Assembly: GCA_045648785.1 (NCBI GenBank)
Contig: JAZROP010000036.1
Span: 2,457-66,456, forward strand
Direction: 5' to 3'
From: Clostridia bacterium
Lineage (GTDB): Bacteria > Bacillota > Clostridia > RUG12999
Length of the DNA: 64,000 nucleotides
How positions within the stretch are numbered: the stretch's first letter is position 1; each line of letters opens with the position of its first letter. Below the pieces are notes generated by a model. It had not been told where the DNA came from, did not search any database, and worked only from the letters and a program-made list of their open reading frames with translations. The position numbers and the translations under genes were made by a program. Positions 1 through 10,550 of this stretch are shown in pieces.

Positions 1-1
1 C

Positions 2-940
2 AAATATCCAAAAAGAAATAAAAATGGATTTGTCAGAGATGAAAATGGAAATATTGTTTATGAAAACCATGCTCAAACCGCAGTTGACAATCTGAAAAAA
101 ACAGGCATTGATGCAATAGTAATTGTGGGCGGCGACGGTACACTTACATCAGGCAGGGATTACAGCCGTATGGGAGTTAGGGTTATCGGTGTTCCCAAGA
201 CAATTGATAACGACCTTAATTCAACCGATGTAACCTTTGGTTTTGATACAGCAATAAACAGATGCACAGATGCTCTTGAATGCCTGAGAACAACAGGTGA
301 GGCTCATCACAGAATTATGATTCTTGAGGTTATGGGCAGAAGTGCAGGTCATCTCGCGCTTCACAGTGGTATTGCCGGTGCGGCAGATGTTATCCTTATT
401 CCTGAAATCCCATATGATATTAATATAGTTGCTAAAAAAGTCAAAGAAGTCCTTAAATCTGAAAGACAGTATGCAATGGTTGTTGTTTCGGAAGGTGTTA
501 AAGCGCCGGACGGAAAAATGTCAGGTACTGCTACTGACCTTTCTCCTGACGGATTTAAATTCAAAGGCGTGGGAGACAGTATTGCAACAGCACTTCAGAC
601 AATTATCAACTCTGACAGAGATGAAAACGGCTATGCAATAAGCGAAACTCTTATTGATGTTGAAGCGCGTGCGGTTACGCTTTCTCATATTGCAAGAGGA
701 GGCTCTCCGTCGGCAACAGACAGAGTTCTCTGTACACGCTATGGTTCATATGCTATTGATGCACTCATGAGCGGTAAGGACAAGCATATGGTATCTTTAA
801 GAGAAGGTAAACTTACAACTGTTACTCTTGAAGAAGTTATTCCGGCAAACGACATGAACTCAAACTTCAGACCGGTAAAACCGGAGGATGAGCTTGTAAA
901 TATAGCAAGAACAATTGGAATAAGCTTTGGAGACAAATAA
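2..940 (+). CDS. pfkA: 6-phosphofructokinase, 5' end cut by window edge
   Basis: Frame is open from nt 2. Contains the PFK-A family motifs GGDGT, PKTIDNDL and MGR. Confidence 0.9.
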   Translation, partial: KYPKRNKNGFVRDENGNIVYENHAQTAVDNLKKTGIDAIVIVGGDGTLTSGRDYSRMGVRVIGVPKTIDNDLNSTDVTFGFDTAINRCTDALECLRTTGEAHHRIMILEVMGRSAGHLALHSGIAGAADVILIPEIPYDINIVAKKVKEVLKSERQYAMVVVSEGVKAPDGKMSGTATDLSPDGFKFKGVGDSIATALQTIINSDRDENGYAISETLIDVEARAVTLSHIARGGSPSATDRVLCTRYGSYAIDALMSGKDKHMVSLREGKLTTVTLEEVIPANDMNSNFRPVKPEDELVNIARTIGISFGDK

Positions 941-1878
941 TGCCCTATAATGTATATTCGGAATACCTGAAAGGTAAATATGGCGAAAAGGTTTACAAAT
1001 TGCCGGTAAATCTTTCGGTGACTTGTCCTAATCGGGATGGAAGAATATCCAGCGGTGGGTGTATTTTCTGCGGCGAAACGGGAGCGGGGTATGAAAGCCT
1101 GCCTTCTGAGATGTCAGTAGCTGAGCAGATAAATACAAACAGAGATTATATCGGGAAAAGGTATGGTGCGAAAAAGTTCATAGCTTATTTTCAGAATTTC
1201 TGTAACACATATATGCCTTATGAGGAATTTGAAAAATGTATAACCGAGGCGGCGGAGCAAAGGGTTGTTGGAATAGACATTTCCACAAGACCTGATTGTG
1301 TAACCGTAAAGCATCTTGAAATTCTTGAGGGTATTTCAAAAAAATATGGTATTGATATTTCCATGGAACTAGGACTTCAATCGGTAAACAGGAAAACGCT
1401 TGAAATAGTAAATCGTGGACATGGAGTCGCGGAGTTTTTAGACAGTGTGCTGATGATAAAAAAATATGGATTTGACATATGTGTGCATCTCATACCTGAT
1501 CTTCCATGGGACTCACGAGAGGATGTAATTGAAGCGGCGAAAATTCTATCGGCACTCAAAATAAGCTCGGTTAAGTTACATTCGCTTTTTGTGGTTAAAA
1601 ACACAAAGCTTGCTGAAATGTATGAAACTGGTGAAATAAATCTTTTTGGGGCGGAGGAATATGCACAAAGATGTGTACTGTTTTTAAAATATCTGTCTCC
1701 GGAAATTGTAATACAAAGAATTGTTGGCAGAGTTCCTGAAGAGGACAGTATTACAGCTAACGACGGAATGAGTTGGTGGCGAATTAAGGACAGAATAGTT
1801 GAAATCCTGAGCGATGAAAATGCTGTTCAGGGATGCATGTGCAACTATCTTGGAGGATGTGCGGAGTACCGGAAATAA
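940..1878 (+). CDS. TIGR01212-type radical SAM protein (YtqA-like)
   Basis: Contains CPNRDGRISSGGCIFCG, the cysteine cluster typical of this family. TAATG overlap with the pfkA stop. Confidence 0.8.
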   Translation: MPYNVYSEYLKGKYGEKVYKLPVNLSVTCPNRDGRISSGGCIFCGETGAGYESLPSEMSVAEQINTNRDYIGKRYGAKKFIAYFQNFCNTYMPYEEFEKCITEAAEQRVVGIDISTRPDCVTVKHLEILEGISKKYGIDISMELGLQSVNRKTLEIVNRGHGVAEFLDSVLMIKKYGFDICVHLIPDLPWDSREDVIEAAKILSALKISSVKLHSLFVVKNTKLAEMYETGEINLFGAEEYAQRCVLFLKYLSPEIVIQRIVGRVPEEDSITANDGMSWWRIKDRIVEILSDENAVQGCMCNYLGGCAEYRK

Positions 1879-2915
1879 AGCTGTCTTAAAATTAGAAACA
1901 GCTTTATTATGCAAAAGAGTGCTAAAAAAACAAACAATAAAATACGGATAAATGAAAGCGGCTTGAGCCGACCTGTTTTAAAACCGTATAAAAACATAGT
2001 AATAAGAGGCGAAATTATTGCAGACATGACTTTACCTTTAAAGTAAAGTCCGGGCGATAGTTTCGCTTTTTTTATTATGCCCAGCACCTGCATATGAACG
2101 CAAAGTCCTGACCATGAGAGAACGGAAGAAAGCAGCATATAACACGGTAGGGAGGAGGGGATGGCATCTACAATGGCCATGCAACCACCGCTACATTCTG
2201 TCAGTCCATAAATAAGAGATTTACATAGTTCATAATTTATACCGAGAGATGAGAGGGCACTTATTATACCAAATTGGTTGATAAAAGAAATAAGGAGTGC
2301 AAACATAATGATATATCCACAGATATTAAGAGTAAGCAGAGTGGAGGTGGAAATAGCGTCGCTGAAAATTTCCCCAAAACTGATATTTTTATTTTGTAAA
2401 GTAATTTTCCTATTTACCGGGCAGGCAGGGATGGAGCGAAAAACAAATGCTATGGTAAGGGAAGTTAATATGTGAGAAAGATAAAGCATAATTCCGGCTC
2501 CGGGTTCACCAAGCATACCTGTTCCAAGGGCACCAATTACAAACATTGGTCCGCAGTTATTACAGAAAGCAAGTAGCTTTTCCGCCTCTGCTTTGGTGCA
2601 TAATCCTTCTGTATAAAGATCGGTAGCGGTTTTTGCCCCAACAGGATATCCGCTTATATATCCCATAATAACTGCGAGTGAACATGAGCCACCAAGGCCG
2701 AAAAGTGGTTTCATTAAAGGATTTAGCAACTTAGCGAGAAAGTTTGCCGCGCCTGAATTTATAAGCACATTACTGCATACGAAAAATGGAAAAAGAGATG
2801 GAATGATAGACTGGGCGCACAGCTTAAGGGCCCATTTTGCTGTTTCAATTGAAGAAGTAGGAAAAAATACGAGAAGAAGAAAATATATTGCGGCGGGTAT
2901 TATAATTTTTTTCAT
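1845..2915 (-). CDS. ylbJ: sporulation integral membrane protein YlbJ (nucleoside-recognition-domain family)
   Basis: Polytopic membrane protein with an N-terminal region that resembles YlbJ. Convergent 34-nt overlap with the radical SAM gene. Confidence 0.7.
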   Translation of the reverse strand: MKKIIIPAAIYFLLLVFFPTSSIETAKWALKLCAQSIIPSLFPFFVCSNVLINSGAANFLAKLLNPLMKPLFGLGGSCSLAVIMGYISGYPVGAKTATDLYTEGLCTKAEAEKLLAFCNNCGPMFVIGALGTGMLGEPGAGIMLYLSHILTSLTIAFVFRSIPACPVNRKITLQNKNISFGEIFSDAISTSTLLTLNICGYIIMFALLISFINQFGIISALSSLGINYELCKSLIYGLTECSGGCMAIVDAIPSSLPCYMLLSSVLSWSGLCVHMQVLGIIKKAKLSPGLYFKGKVMSAIISPLITMFLYGFKTGRLKPLSFIRILLFVFLALFCIIKLFLILRQLYFRYSAHPPR

Positions 2916-3001
2916 GTCAAATCACCTTTAAAAGTATATGAGATTTAATCATTAAGAATGATAGGGCGGCATAAAATTAAATGAAAGGCGAGGGAGATAA
3001 A

Positions 3002-3295
3002 ATGAGAAAAAAAGGTCCTGAATTGCCGGAAAAATCGCCGGCGGAAAAGGTAATGGACGCATTCCAGCTGCCCAAAAACAAAAGTGGTATTATAACTGCC
3101 CTGCACATTACCGGTGTTCATGAAGCGATTGTGGAGGGACATCGCGGCATTATTGAATATACTAGTGAAGTTATAAGGCTTAATACGCCTCAGTTTATAA
3201 TGAAAATCAGTGGAGCGGAGCTTGAAATTACTGCTGTTGCAGAGGAGTATATAGAACTTAAAGGTTTAATCTGCGGCGTGGAATATCTTTTCTAA
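3002..3295 (+). CDS. yqfC: sporulation protein YqfC
   Basis: YqfC-like sequence followed by yqfD. GAGGGAG RBS lies 6 nt before the ATG at 3002; the ORF-track start at 2981 has no RBS. Confidence 0.8.
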   Translation: MRKKGPELPEKSPAEKVMDAFQLPKNKSGIITALHITGVHEAIVEGHRGIIEYTSEVIRLNTPQFIMKISGAELEITAVAEEYIELKGLICGVEYLF

Positions 3296-3307
3296 AGGAG
3301 GCTACAA

Positions 3308-4501
3308 GTGATTATTCTGAGTATAATAAATTTTTTCAAAGGATATGTGAAAATTAAAATTTCGGGCAGACATACAGAAAGGTTTATTAATATATGTGCA
3401 AAAAAAAATATTTATATATGGAATATAAAAAGAAAAAGCCAGAGTGAACTTGAGGCTTATGTAAGTAGTGAGGCATTTAAACTGTTGGGAGATGTTTCTG
3501 TAAGCGCAGATGTTGAAGTAACCGAACTGATGCGAGGTGGATTTTCGGTTATTGCGAAGAAAATGATGGGCAGAAGTGGAATTATTGTGGGCTTTATAAT
3601 TGTAGCACTTTTGTTTTTCTGGATGTCCTCGCGGGTATGGTATATTGAGATTGCACCATCAAATATTTCTGAGGAAGTATTGCGGGAGCAGCTTAAACAA
3701 TCTGGATTGGATATTGGTGTCAAAATTTCCGATTTAGATACAAGGAAGCTTCAGGCGCAAATGATGAATTTAAATCAGGATATTGAGTGGATATGGACGA
3801 AAAAAAATGGCACAAAAATTTTTGTTGATTTGCGTGAAAGAGTTAAAAGACCGGTCACAATTGATATAAACCAGCCTTGTAACCTTGTGGCAACACATGC
3901 CGGCAAGGTTACTTTTGCCATGATAACTGAGGGGAGAGCTATGGTCACCGTAGGACAGACTGTGTCAGAGGGACAGCTTCTTGCAGGAGGAATGCTTAAA
4001 AGTGCAGTGGTGGGTGCAAGAGGAGTACACAGTCAGGGCACAGTTATGGCAGATGTATTTATAACTAAAAGCGGTGAGTATGCACTATCAGCAGAAGAGA
4101 ACATTCCAACGGGAAAAGAGAACAAAAATTATATTTTAAAACTTGGTAAAAGGGAAATACAACTTCCATCGCTAAACAAGAATTTTGGACAGCAGGTGAT
4201 TATGACAGAAACATTTCCTCTTAAGATAGGAGATATTTATTTCCCTGTTTCATTAATAAAAAATACAGCTGTGGAAACCATAACAAGGACTGTTAACCTC
4301 AATCGTGATGATGTAATAAAAGATGCGGAAAAATATTTGGATGGACTCTTGCAAAAAGAAGTGGGTAGTGGTACAATTATAGAAAGATATTTTTTTGTTG
4401 AAGATATTGATGAAAACACACTCAGGGTGCGACTTGAGGCACTCTGTAATATAGAGATAGCAAAAAAACAGGCTATCGGGGAGGAAAAAAGTGGCGGATA
4501 A
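3308..4501 (+). CDS. yqfD: sporulation protein YqfD (stage IV-type)
   Basis: GTG start preceded by AAGGAGG. One transmembrane segment near residue 90. Conserved yqfC-yqfD-phoH synteny. Confidence 0.8.
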   Translation: MIILSIINFFKGYVKIKISGRHTERFINICAKKNIYIWNIKRKSQSELEAYVSSEAFKLLGDVSVSADVEVTELMRGGFSVIAKKMMGRSGIIVGFIIVALLFFWMSSRVWYIEIAPSNISEEVLREQLKQSGLDIGVKISDLDTRKLQAQMMNLNQDIEWIWTKKNGTKIFVDLRERVKRPVTIDINQPCNLVATHAGKVTFAMITEGRAMVTVGQTVSEGQLLAGGMLKSAVVGARGVHSQGTVMADVFITKSGEYALSAEENIPTGKENKNYILKLGKREIQLPSLNKNFGQQVIMTETFPLKIGDIYFPVSLIKNTAVETITRTVNLNRDDVIKDAEKYLDGLLQKEVGSGTIIERYFFVEDIDENTLRVRLEALCNIEIAKKQAIGEEKSGG

Positions 4502-5462
4502 AATTTTTGACATAGGCAATATAAGCACAATGATTTCTCTGTTTGGTAGCTATGATGCCAATATTAAAATTATTGAAGAAGAATTTGGTGTAAATATTTT
4601 AAACAGGGATACCGTTCTTAAAATTGAAGGTGATACTGAAAATGTTGAGCTGGCAGTGAAAACAATTGAGGCGTTACTAGCAGAAATTGAGCGCGGCGGG
4701 ATATTAACAGGGCAGAACATTGAATATACCATTGCAATGGTGAAAAGCGGAATGGAAAACCAGCTTGCCGAAATGAGTGACGATGTAATATGCATCAGCT
4801 CCACCGGCAGACCAATAAAAACCAAAACTCACGGTCAAAAAGCGTATGTTGATGCAATTGCTGATAATACCGTTGTTTTTGGCGTAGGACCGGCGGGTAC
4901 TGGTAAAACATACCTTGCTGTAGCTATGGCGGTCAAAGCTTTCAGAAACAAAGAAGTGAACAAAATTATTCTCACCCGTCCGGCAGTTGAAGCGGGCGAA
5001 AAGCTTGGTTTTCTTCCGGGTGATTTGCAGACGAAAATCGACCCATACTTAAGGCCACTTTATGATGCTCTTTATGATACGATGGGATATGAAAACTATC
5101 AGCGGAATTCCGAAAAAGGAGCCATTGAAATTGCTCCGCTTGCATATATGCGCGGCAGAACACTTGATAATGCTTTTATAATTCTGGATGAGGCACAGAA
5201 TACAACTCCTCAGCAGATGAAAATGTTTTTGACGCGAATTGGTTTTGATTCAAAAGCGGTTATCACAGGCGATGTGACGCAAATTGACTTGCCGGGAGGC
5301 GTTCAGTCGGGACTTAAGGATGCTATGAAAGTACTTAAAAATATAAAGGGGATTGAATTTTGTAAGTTCAGCGACCTTGATGTTGTGCGCCATCCGCTTG
5401 TAAGAAAAATCATCAGGGCATATGAAAATCATGAGATGAAAAAGAATCAGGTGAAAAAATGA
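4491..5462 (+). CDS. phoH: PhoH-family ATPase
   Basis: Walker A GPAGTGKT and the PhoH signature ILDEAQN. GTG start after GGGGAGG. Confidence 0.9.
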   Translation: MADKIFDIGNISTMISLFGSYDANIKIIEEEFGVNILNRDTVLKIEGDTENVELAVKTIEALLAEIERGGILTGQNIEYTIAMVKSGMENQLAEMSDDVICISSTGRPIKTKTHGQKAYVDAIADNTVVFGVGPAGTGKTYLAVAMAVKAFRNKEVNKIILTRPAVEAGEKLGFLPGDLQTKIDPYLRPLYDALYDTMGYENYQRNSEKGAIEIAPLAYMRGRTLDNAFIILDEAQNTTPQQMKMFLTRIGFDSKAVITGDVTQIDLPGGVQSGLKDAMKVLKNIKGIEFCKFSDLDVVRHPLVRKIIRAYENHEMKKNQVKK

Positions 5463-5932
5463 CGGAGTTTATTTTTGATTTTTCAGATGGAGAGTTGACA
5501 GAAAAACAGCAGCAGGTTATGGAAAATGCTGTGAAAACGGCACTGAAGTTCGAAGGGTTCGATAAAGACTGCGAGGTTTCGGTTGTTATAACTGATAATG
5601 AAGGAATAAGGGAAATTAACCGAGATCACAGGGGAATTGATGCACCAACAGATGTGCTTTCCTTTCCACAGTATGATTTTACAGAGCCGACCATCTTTGC
5701 AGAAATTCCCGAAGAGCCGGTTATGATTGGCGATATTGTGATCTCAAAAGAAAGACTCATAACACAGGCAGAGGAAATTGGTCATTCGTTTGAGGAGGAA
5801 CTGGGTTATCTGACCGTTCATTCGGTACTTCATCTTCTTGGATATGACCATATGAATGACGAGGATAAAAAACTCATGAGAGCACACGAGAAAAAGATTG
5901 TTAAGGAGATACAAAATGGCGAAATATTTTAA
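5459..5932 (+). CDS. ybeY: rRNA maturation endoribonuclease YbeY
   Basis: Zinc motif HSVLHLLGYDH. ATGA overlap with phoH. Confidence 0.9.
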   Translation: MTEFIFDFSDGELTEKQQQVMENAVKTALKFEGFDKDCEVSVVITDNEGIREINRDHRGIDAPTDVLSFPQYDFTEPTIFAEIPEEPVMIGDIVISKERLITQAEEIGHSFEEELGYLTVHSVLHLLGYDHMNDEDKKLMRAHEKKIVKEIQNGEIF

Positions 5933-7334
5933 AAAGGTAACTCCGGAGTCTTGTGGGGTCGACAGCAGAGATTTACTAAAATTTATTGAGGGTATGGAAA
6001 ATATGCCGGAGGAAAAGGAAACTCACGGTTTTATGCTTATAAGACACGGCAAGCTCCTGACAGAGGGATGGTTTGCACCCTATACAGAAGAAATGCCGCA
6101 TGTTTTATTTTCTGACACAAAAACATTTACGCAGCTTGCGATAGGTTTTATGGTAAAGGAAGGACTTATCACGATTGATGATAAAATAGCTGACTATTTT
6201 CCGGACAAGCTTACCGAAAATACATCCCAGCACAACCGAAATCTTACAATAAGGCATCTTCTTATGATGGCGACAGGTCATCCGGGTAACGCTGTGCATG
6301 CCCGCGGAAAATTTTCTGATTTTAAGTATGACATGCTGCAGGAATTTTTCCATTCGGACAACATTGATGAAGCGGGAACAAAGTTTCAATATGAAAATAT
6401 TGCAAGCTATGTCCTCTCAAATCTTGTATCAAGACTCACAGGAGAGAATATTGCACAATACTTAAAACCAAGATTTTTAGATCCATTAGGAATAACTGTT
6501 GATTATTATTCAACCGATGACGATGATGTTTGCATGGGATATTCAGGTTTTAGAATTACACTTGAAGCTTTGGCAAAGGTAGGTCAATTTTTCTTGAATG
6601 GCGGTGTTTGGGAGGGAGACAGGCTCCTTTCAAAAGAATGGTGCGAACAGGCAACTGCAAAACATACTGACTGCCAAGGTCCTTGTGGCACTGACTGGAA
6701 CCAGGGTTACTGTTGGCATATGTGGCGTGGACAACATAATACTGCCCGTCTTTGCGGTGCATATGGGCAGATGTGTGTTATTGCTCCCGACCTTGATTTG
6801 ATTTTTGCAACCAATTCGGGTGCTAACTATAACAGACTTCAGTACATACTGGACAATTTTTATGAAAATGTTATGCTTAAAATCAAGGACGAGCCTCTGG
6901 AAGAAAACCCGGTTGGAAATATTAAACTTGAAAATAAAATTGAAAAACTTAAACTGCAGAATGTTTTTGCACCTCTTTCACCAAGAGTAAACGAACTTGA
7001 TGGTAAGGAAATAAAATTTGAAAAAATCCTTCGCTATGACTCGATAAAGCTTGATTTTGAGAAAGAGGTGTGTAAAGTAACCCTTGCAGGAGATAAAACT
7101 ATTTCCTTTGATGCAGGGCTTACAGACCTTGCGGAAACATATATTGAAGACGGCGGCTTTGTAAGTATCGACCCGTTTGATCATGGAGTATATTCTGCCT
7201 CCGCCTACTTTGATATGGATGATAAGTTTATAATTACAGTCAGAATACTTGGTACGGTAACCATTATTAAAATTGAAGTAGACTTGAGTGAAAATGTGAA
7301 AATATATACGCTCAGAGGAAATTTAGGGGATTAA
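5916..7334 (+). CDS. serine hydrolase, class C beta-lactamase/PBP-like, with an extra C-terminal domain
   Basis: SDTK (S-x-x-K) nucleophile motif. AAGGAG RBS before the ATG at 5916. Overlaps the ybeY 3' end by 17 nt. Confidence 0.75.
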   Translation: MAKYFKKVTPESCGVDSRDLLKFIEGMENMPEEKETHGFMLIRHGKLLTEGWFAPYTEEMPHVLFSDTKTFTQLAIGFMVKEGLITIDDKIADYFPDKLTENTSQHNRNLTIRHLLMMATGHPGNAVHARGKFSDFKYDMLQEFFHSDNIDEAGTKFQYENIASYVLSNLVSRLTGENIAQYLKPRFLDPLGITVDYYSTDDDDVCMGYSGFRITLEALAKVGQFFLNGGVWEGDRLLSKEWCEQATAKHTDCQGPCGTDWNQGYCWHMWRGQHNTARLCGAYGQMCVIAPDLDLIFATNSGANYNRLQYILDNFYENVMLKIKDEPLEENPVGNIKLENKIEKLKLQNVFAPLSPRVNELDGKEIKFEKILRYDSIKLDFEKEVCKVTLAGDKTISFDAGLTDLAETYIEDGGFVSIDPFDHGVYSASAYFDMDDKFIITVRILGTVTIIKIEVDLSENVKIYTLRGNLGD

Positions 7335-7350
7335 GAAAATAATTAATAAA

Positions 7351-7379
7351 AAAGCAGGAACAAGTTTTGTTTCTGCTTT
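7351..7379. terminator. bidirectional rho-independent terminator (serine hydrolase / nagA)
   Basis: AAAGCAGGAAC-N7-GTTTCTGCTTT stem with one GU pair, flanked by A and T runs. Confidence 0.7.
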
Positions 7380-8483
7380 TTAATTTACTTTTTCACCATT
7401 TTTGTAGGTACTTAACACATTTAATTCTTTGTCGAGAATAACGAAATCTGCATTTTTACCGACTGAAATGCTACCATAATCTTTATCGATTCCGGTTGCT
7501 TTAGCCGGTGTAATTGATGCCATTTTAACAGCATTTTCAAAGGGTATTCCAAACTTTACTGCATTGCGCACACCTTGCATTACATTGCATGTGCTGCCGG
7601 CGAGATTGCCAGAGTCGGTTCTTGCAATGCCATCTGTAACTGTGACATTTACACTGCCACCGAGAACATAATTTCCGTCCTCAAGACCGGTTGCACCCAT
7701 ACTGTCAGACACCAGAATCATTCTGTCGGGACCGAGCACTTTATACATCAATCTGATGATTGCCGGATGCAAATGAATACCGTCGCAGATAGCTTCACAA
7801 GTTACATCATCACGTTCAAATGCTGCACATTGAAGCGATGGATTTCTGTGATGAATGGAATTCATAGTATTGAAAGTGTGAGTAACATTTCGCGCACCTG
7901 CTTCAAAGCCTTTAACTGCTGTGTCATAATCGGCTGTGGTATGCCCAAGAGCAACTGTCATAAGCTTTGACGCTTCTTTTATGAATTCCATATTACCTTC
8001 AATCTCGGGAGCGACGGTTGTGAGCTTAATTTTGCCACCGGATAGAAGGTAATATTCCTTAAGTTCATCAATATTACCGGGACGAATGGTAGATTCGTCG
8101 TGAACTCCTTTATTTTGACTGCTGATATATGGTCCCTCGAGGTTAATACCGACAATTCGGTAGTTTGCAGCAGCTTGTTTCATTGCGGCAACAATATTCT
8201 CGTGGGTTGCACTGATTGTTGTAGGAAAAAAGGTTGTTACGCCACAGGAGAAAAAGAATTTTTCAACCTTATCAAAGTCGTAATCCTTATCCATTGTATC
8301 AGTACCAAGTGCTGCGTGTGTGTGAATATCCACAAGACCTGGGATTAAATATTTTCCATCCATATCAACGGATTCGCCAACGAGATTTTCACCGATTGCA
8401 GTAATTTTACCGTCGGCAACTTCAATGTCCGTTTTGGTAAGCTTAAAGTCGTCGGTCAAGACGAAGGCGTTTTTAAAAATCAT
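7380..8483 (-). CDS. nagA: N-acetylglucosamine-6-phosphate deacetylase
   Basis: PGLVDIHTH metal-binding motif and overall NagA-like sequence. Confidence 0.9.
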   Translation of the reverse strand: MIFKNAFVLTDDFKLTKTDIEVADGKITAIGENLVGESVDMDGKYLIPGLVDIHTHAALGTDTMDKDYDFDKVEKFFFSCGVTTFFPTTISATHENIVAAMKQAAANYRIVGINLEGPYISSQNKGVHDESTIRPGNIDELKEYYLLSGGKIKLTTVAPEIEGNMEFIKEASKLMTVALGHTTADYDTAVKGFEAGARNVTHTFNTMNSIHHRNPSLQCAAFERDDVTCEAICDGIHLHPAIIRLMYKVLGPDRMILVSDSMGATGLEDGNYVLGGSVNVTVTDGIARTDSGNLAGSTCNVMQGVRNAVKFGIPFENAVKMASITPAKATGIDKDYGSISVGKNADFVILDKELNVLSTYKNGEKVN

Positions 8484-8503
8484 TAATATTCAGCGTCCTT
8501 AAA

Positions 8504-9133
8504 TCAGAATAATTTTTCAAATCCTTTGAGCCACTGGCGCTTGATAATCTCATGACCTGCCGCAAGAGGATGAACACCGTCTGCAAGTACTTTATCGGGG
8601 CCTGCAATAGCTGCAAGCTTTTCCATTTCTTCCTGAAGAGGAACAAATACAAGCCCATTTTCTTCTGCAACTCGTTTTACAGCTGCTGCTTTTTCTTTTA
8701 CAGCTGCAAAAAATTCATCAAATTTACCTTCGTTTGCATCTCCGGGGAGAACAAAAGGTTCAAAAATCATTATTTTTATGTTGGGTAATGCTGATTTCAC
8801 ATCTTCAATAAGAATGTTGTAAAGTCTTTCAAAACGGTCAGTTTCAACGCCGTTTTGATACATAAATTCATGCCACACATCGTTAACACCGATTAAAATA
8901 CTTAAAACATCAGGTTTTAAATTAATAAGGTCTGATTTGAGCCTGGCATATAGGTCTACAATTCTGTTGCCGCTGATGCCACGGTTTAAAAATTCATATT
9001 TACCGGGGTTTTCGTAAGCAAGCGTGGCTGCGACAAGGGTAGGATAGCCGCAACCCATATAGCCACCAATTTTTTCTGTATCACGCACTCTTTGTGCGTC
9101 TGTAATTGAATCGCCCTGAAATAAAATTCTCAT
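8504..9133 (-). CDS. SGNH/GDSL-family hydrolase (esterase)
   Basis: Block I FQGDSITD, block III GVND, and a C-terminal DGVHP (DxxH) motif. Confidence 0.85.
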   Translation of the reverse strand: MRILFQGDSITDAQRVRDTEKIGGYMGCGYPTLVAATLAYENPGKYEFLNRGISGNRIVDLYARLKSDLINLKPDVLSILIGVNDVWHEFMYQNGVETDRFERLYNILIEDVKSALPNIKIMIFEPFVLPGDANEGKFDEFFAAVKEKAAAVKRVAEENGLVFVPLQEEMEKLAAIAGPDKVLADGVHPLAAGHEIIKRQWLKGFEKLF

Positions 9134-9149
9134 AATAACTTCTCCTTAA

Positions 9150-10550
9150 TTAAAGTCCAAGAAGAGCAAGCAGCTCATCGGATGTTTTTTCAGCAAGTTC
9201 TTTATTTTCCATTTCACAGAAAACACGGATAAGAGGCTCTGTGCCAGAAAAACGCGCTATAATCCAACCACCATTTTCAAAGAATACTTTGAGTCCGTCC
9301 ATATAGCTGACTTTTGAAATTTTTTCACTGAACTCGGGTAAAACCTTGTCCTCGTAAATAAGCTTCTGGAGTTGGGATTTTTTCTCTTGTGAGAATTTAA
9401 AGTCGCGCTCGGACATATAACTATGTCCGTATTTTGAGTGAATTTCATCGAGCATTTCCGACAAGCCTTTGCCAGTTTTACAAATCATTTCAACAAGCAG
9501 GGAGGAGGCAAAAATGCCGTCTTTACCTTTAATGTGACCTTTGATGGTAAGACCACCGCTGGATTCACCGCCAATAATTGCGTCGCTTTCTTCCATTTTT
9601 GAACTAATATGTTTGAATCCGACGGGAACTTCGTGGCATTTAAAACCGAAATCCTCTGCAATTTTATCAAGCAGGTGGGTTGTGGCAAGGTTTCTTACAA
9701 CATCGCCTTTCCAACCCTTATATTTGAGCAGGTAATAATAAAGCAGAACAAGGATTTCGTTGGGATGAATAAAGTTACCGTCTTCATTGATAATGCCGAT
9801 TCTGTCAGCGTCACCATCGGTAGCAATACCAATGTCGTAACCTTCTTCAACAACCATATCTGAAAGCTTGGTAAGAGTTGCTGCTGAAGGAGAGGGGAGT
9901 CTGCCACCAAAAAGAGTATCGTGTCTGTCGTTTATAATATCAACATCGCAGCGTGCTGTTAAGAGAATTGTCTGAAGAGATGTCTTGGATACACCAAACA
10001 TAGGATCAAGCAGGATTTTAAGACCTTTACCCTTGATAGCTTCAATATCAAGCATATTCATGATACTGTCTATGTAGTTATTGAGAGGGTGAATAATCTT
10101 AATTATATCCTGTTTAACAGCATCATCAAAATTAATTGACTTGATGTCGGTAATGTTTTTACTGATTTCCTCAAGCTCAGAGGTTACAATTTCATTTGCA
10201 TCCCTGCCGCCTTCAGTAAACACTTTAACACCGTTATATACAGCGGGGTTGTGGCTGGCGGTAACGGCTATGCCATATTTACAGCCGTAGCTTTTTACAG
10301 TAAAAATAATAAGCGGGGTTGGAGCGTTGCTGGGGATATAGTAAACAGTTATGCCGTTTGCAGCAAAAACCTCAGCAAGCCATGTCGCACCAAGGTCGGA
10401 CATGAATCTGCGGTCAAAACCGATTACAATTTCTTTTGCACCGTCTTTGTTCATTTTCTCAGAGATAGACTGAGCTAAAAGCGTGATATTACTTTTGGTA
10501 AAACCGTCAGCAATAATATCTCGCCAACCACCCGTGCCAAATTTAAACAT
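9150..10550 (-). CDS. phosphohexomutase (PGM/PMM superfamily)
   Basis: FGTGGWR, active-site TASHNP, metal loop TDGDADR and sugar loop GGESSGG. Confidence 0.85.
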   Translation of the reverse strand: MFKFGTGGWRDIIADGFTKSNITLLAQSISEKMNKDGAKEIVIGFDRRFMSDLGATWLAEVFAANGITVYYIPSNAPTPLIIFTVKSYGCKYGIAVTASHNPAVYNGVKVFTEGGRDANEIVTSELEEISKNITDIKSINFDDAVKQDIIKIIHPLNNYIDSIMNMLDIEAIKGKGLKILLDPMFGVSKTSLQTILLTARCDVDIINDRHDTLFGGRLPSPSAATLTKLSDMVVEEGYDIGIATDGDADRIGIINEDGNFIHPNEILVLLYYYLLKYKGWKGDVVRNLATTHLLDKIAEDFGFKCHEVPVGFKHISSKMEESDAIIGGESSGGLTIKGHIKGKDGIFASSLLVEMICKTGKGLSEMLDEIHSKYGHSYMSERDFKFSQEKKSQLQKLIYEDKVLPEFSEKISKVSYMDGLKVFFENGGWIIARFSGTEPLIRVFCEMENKELAEKTSDELLALLGL

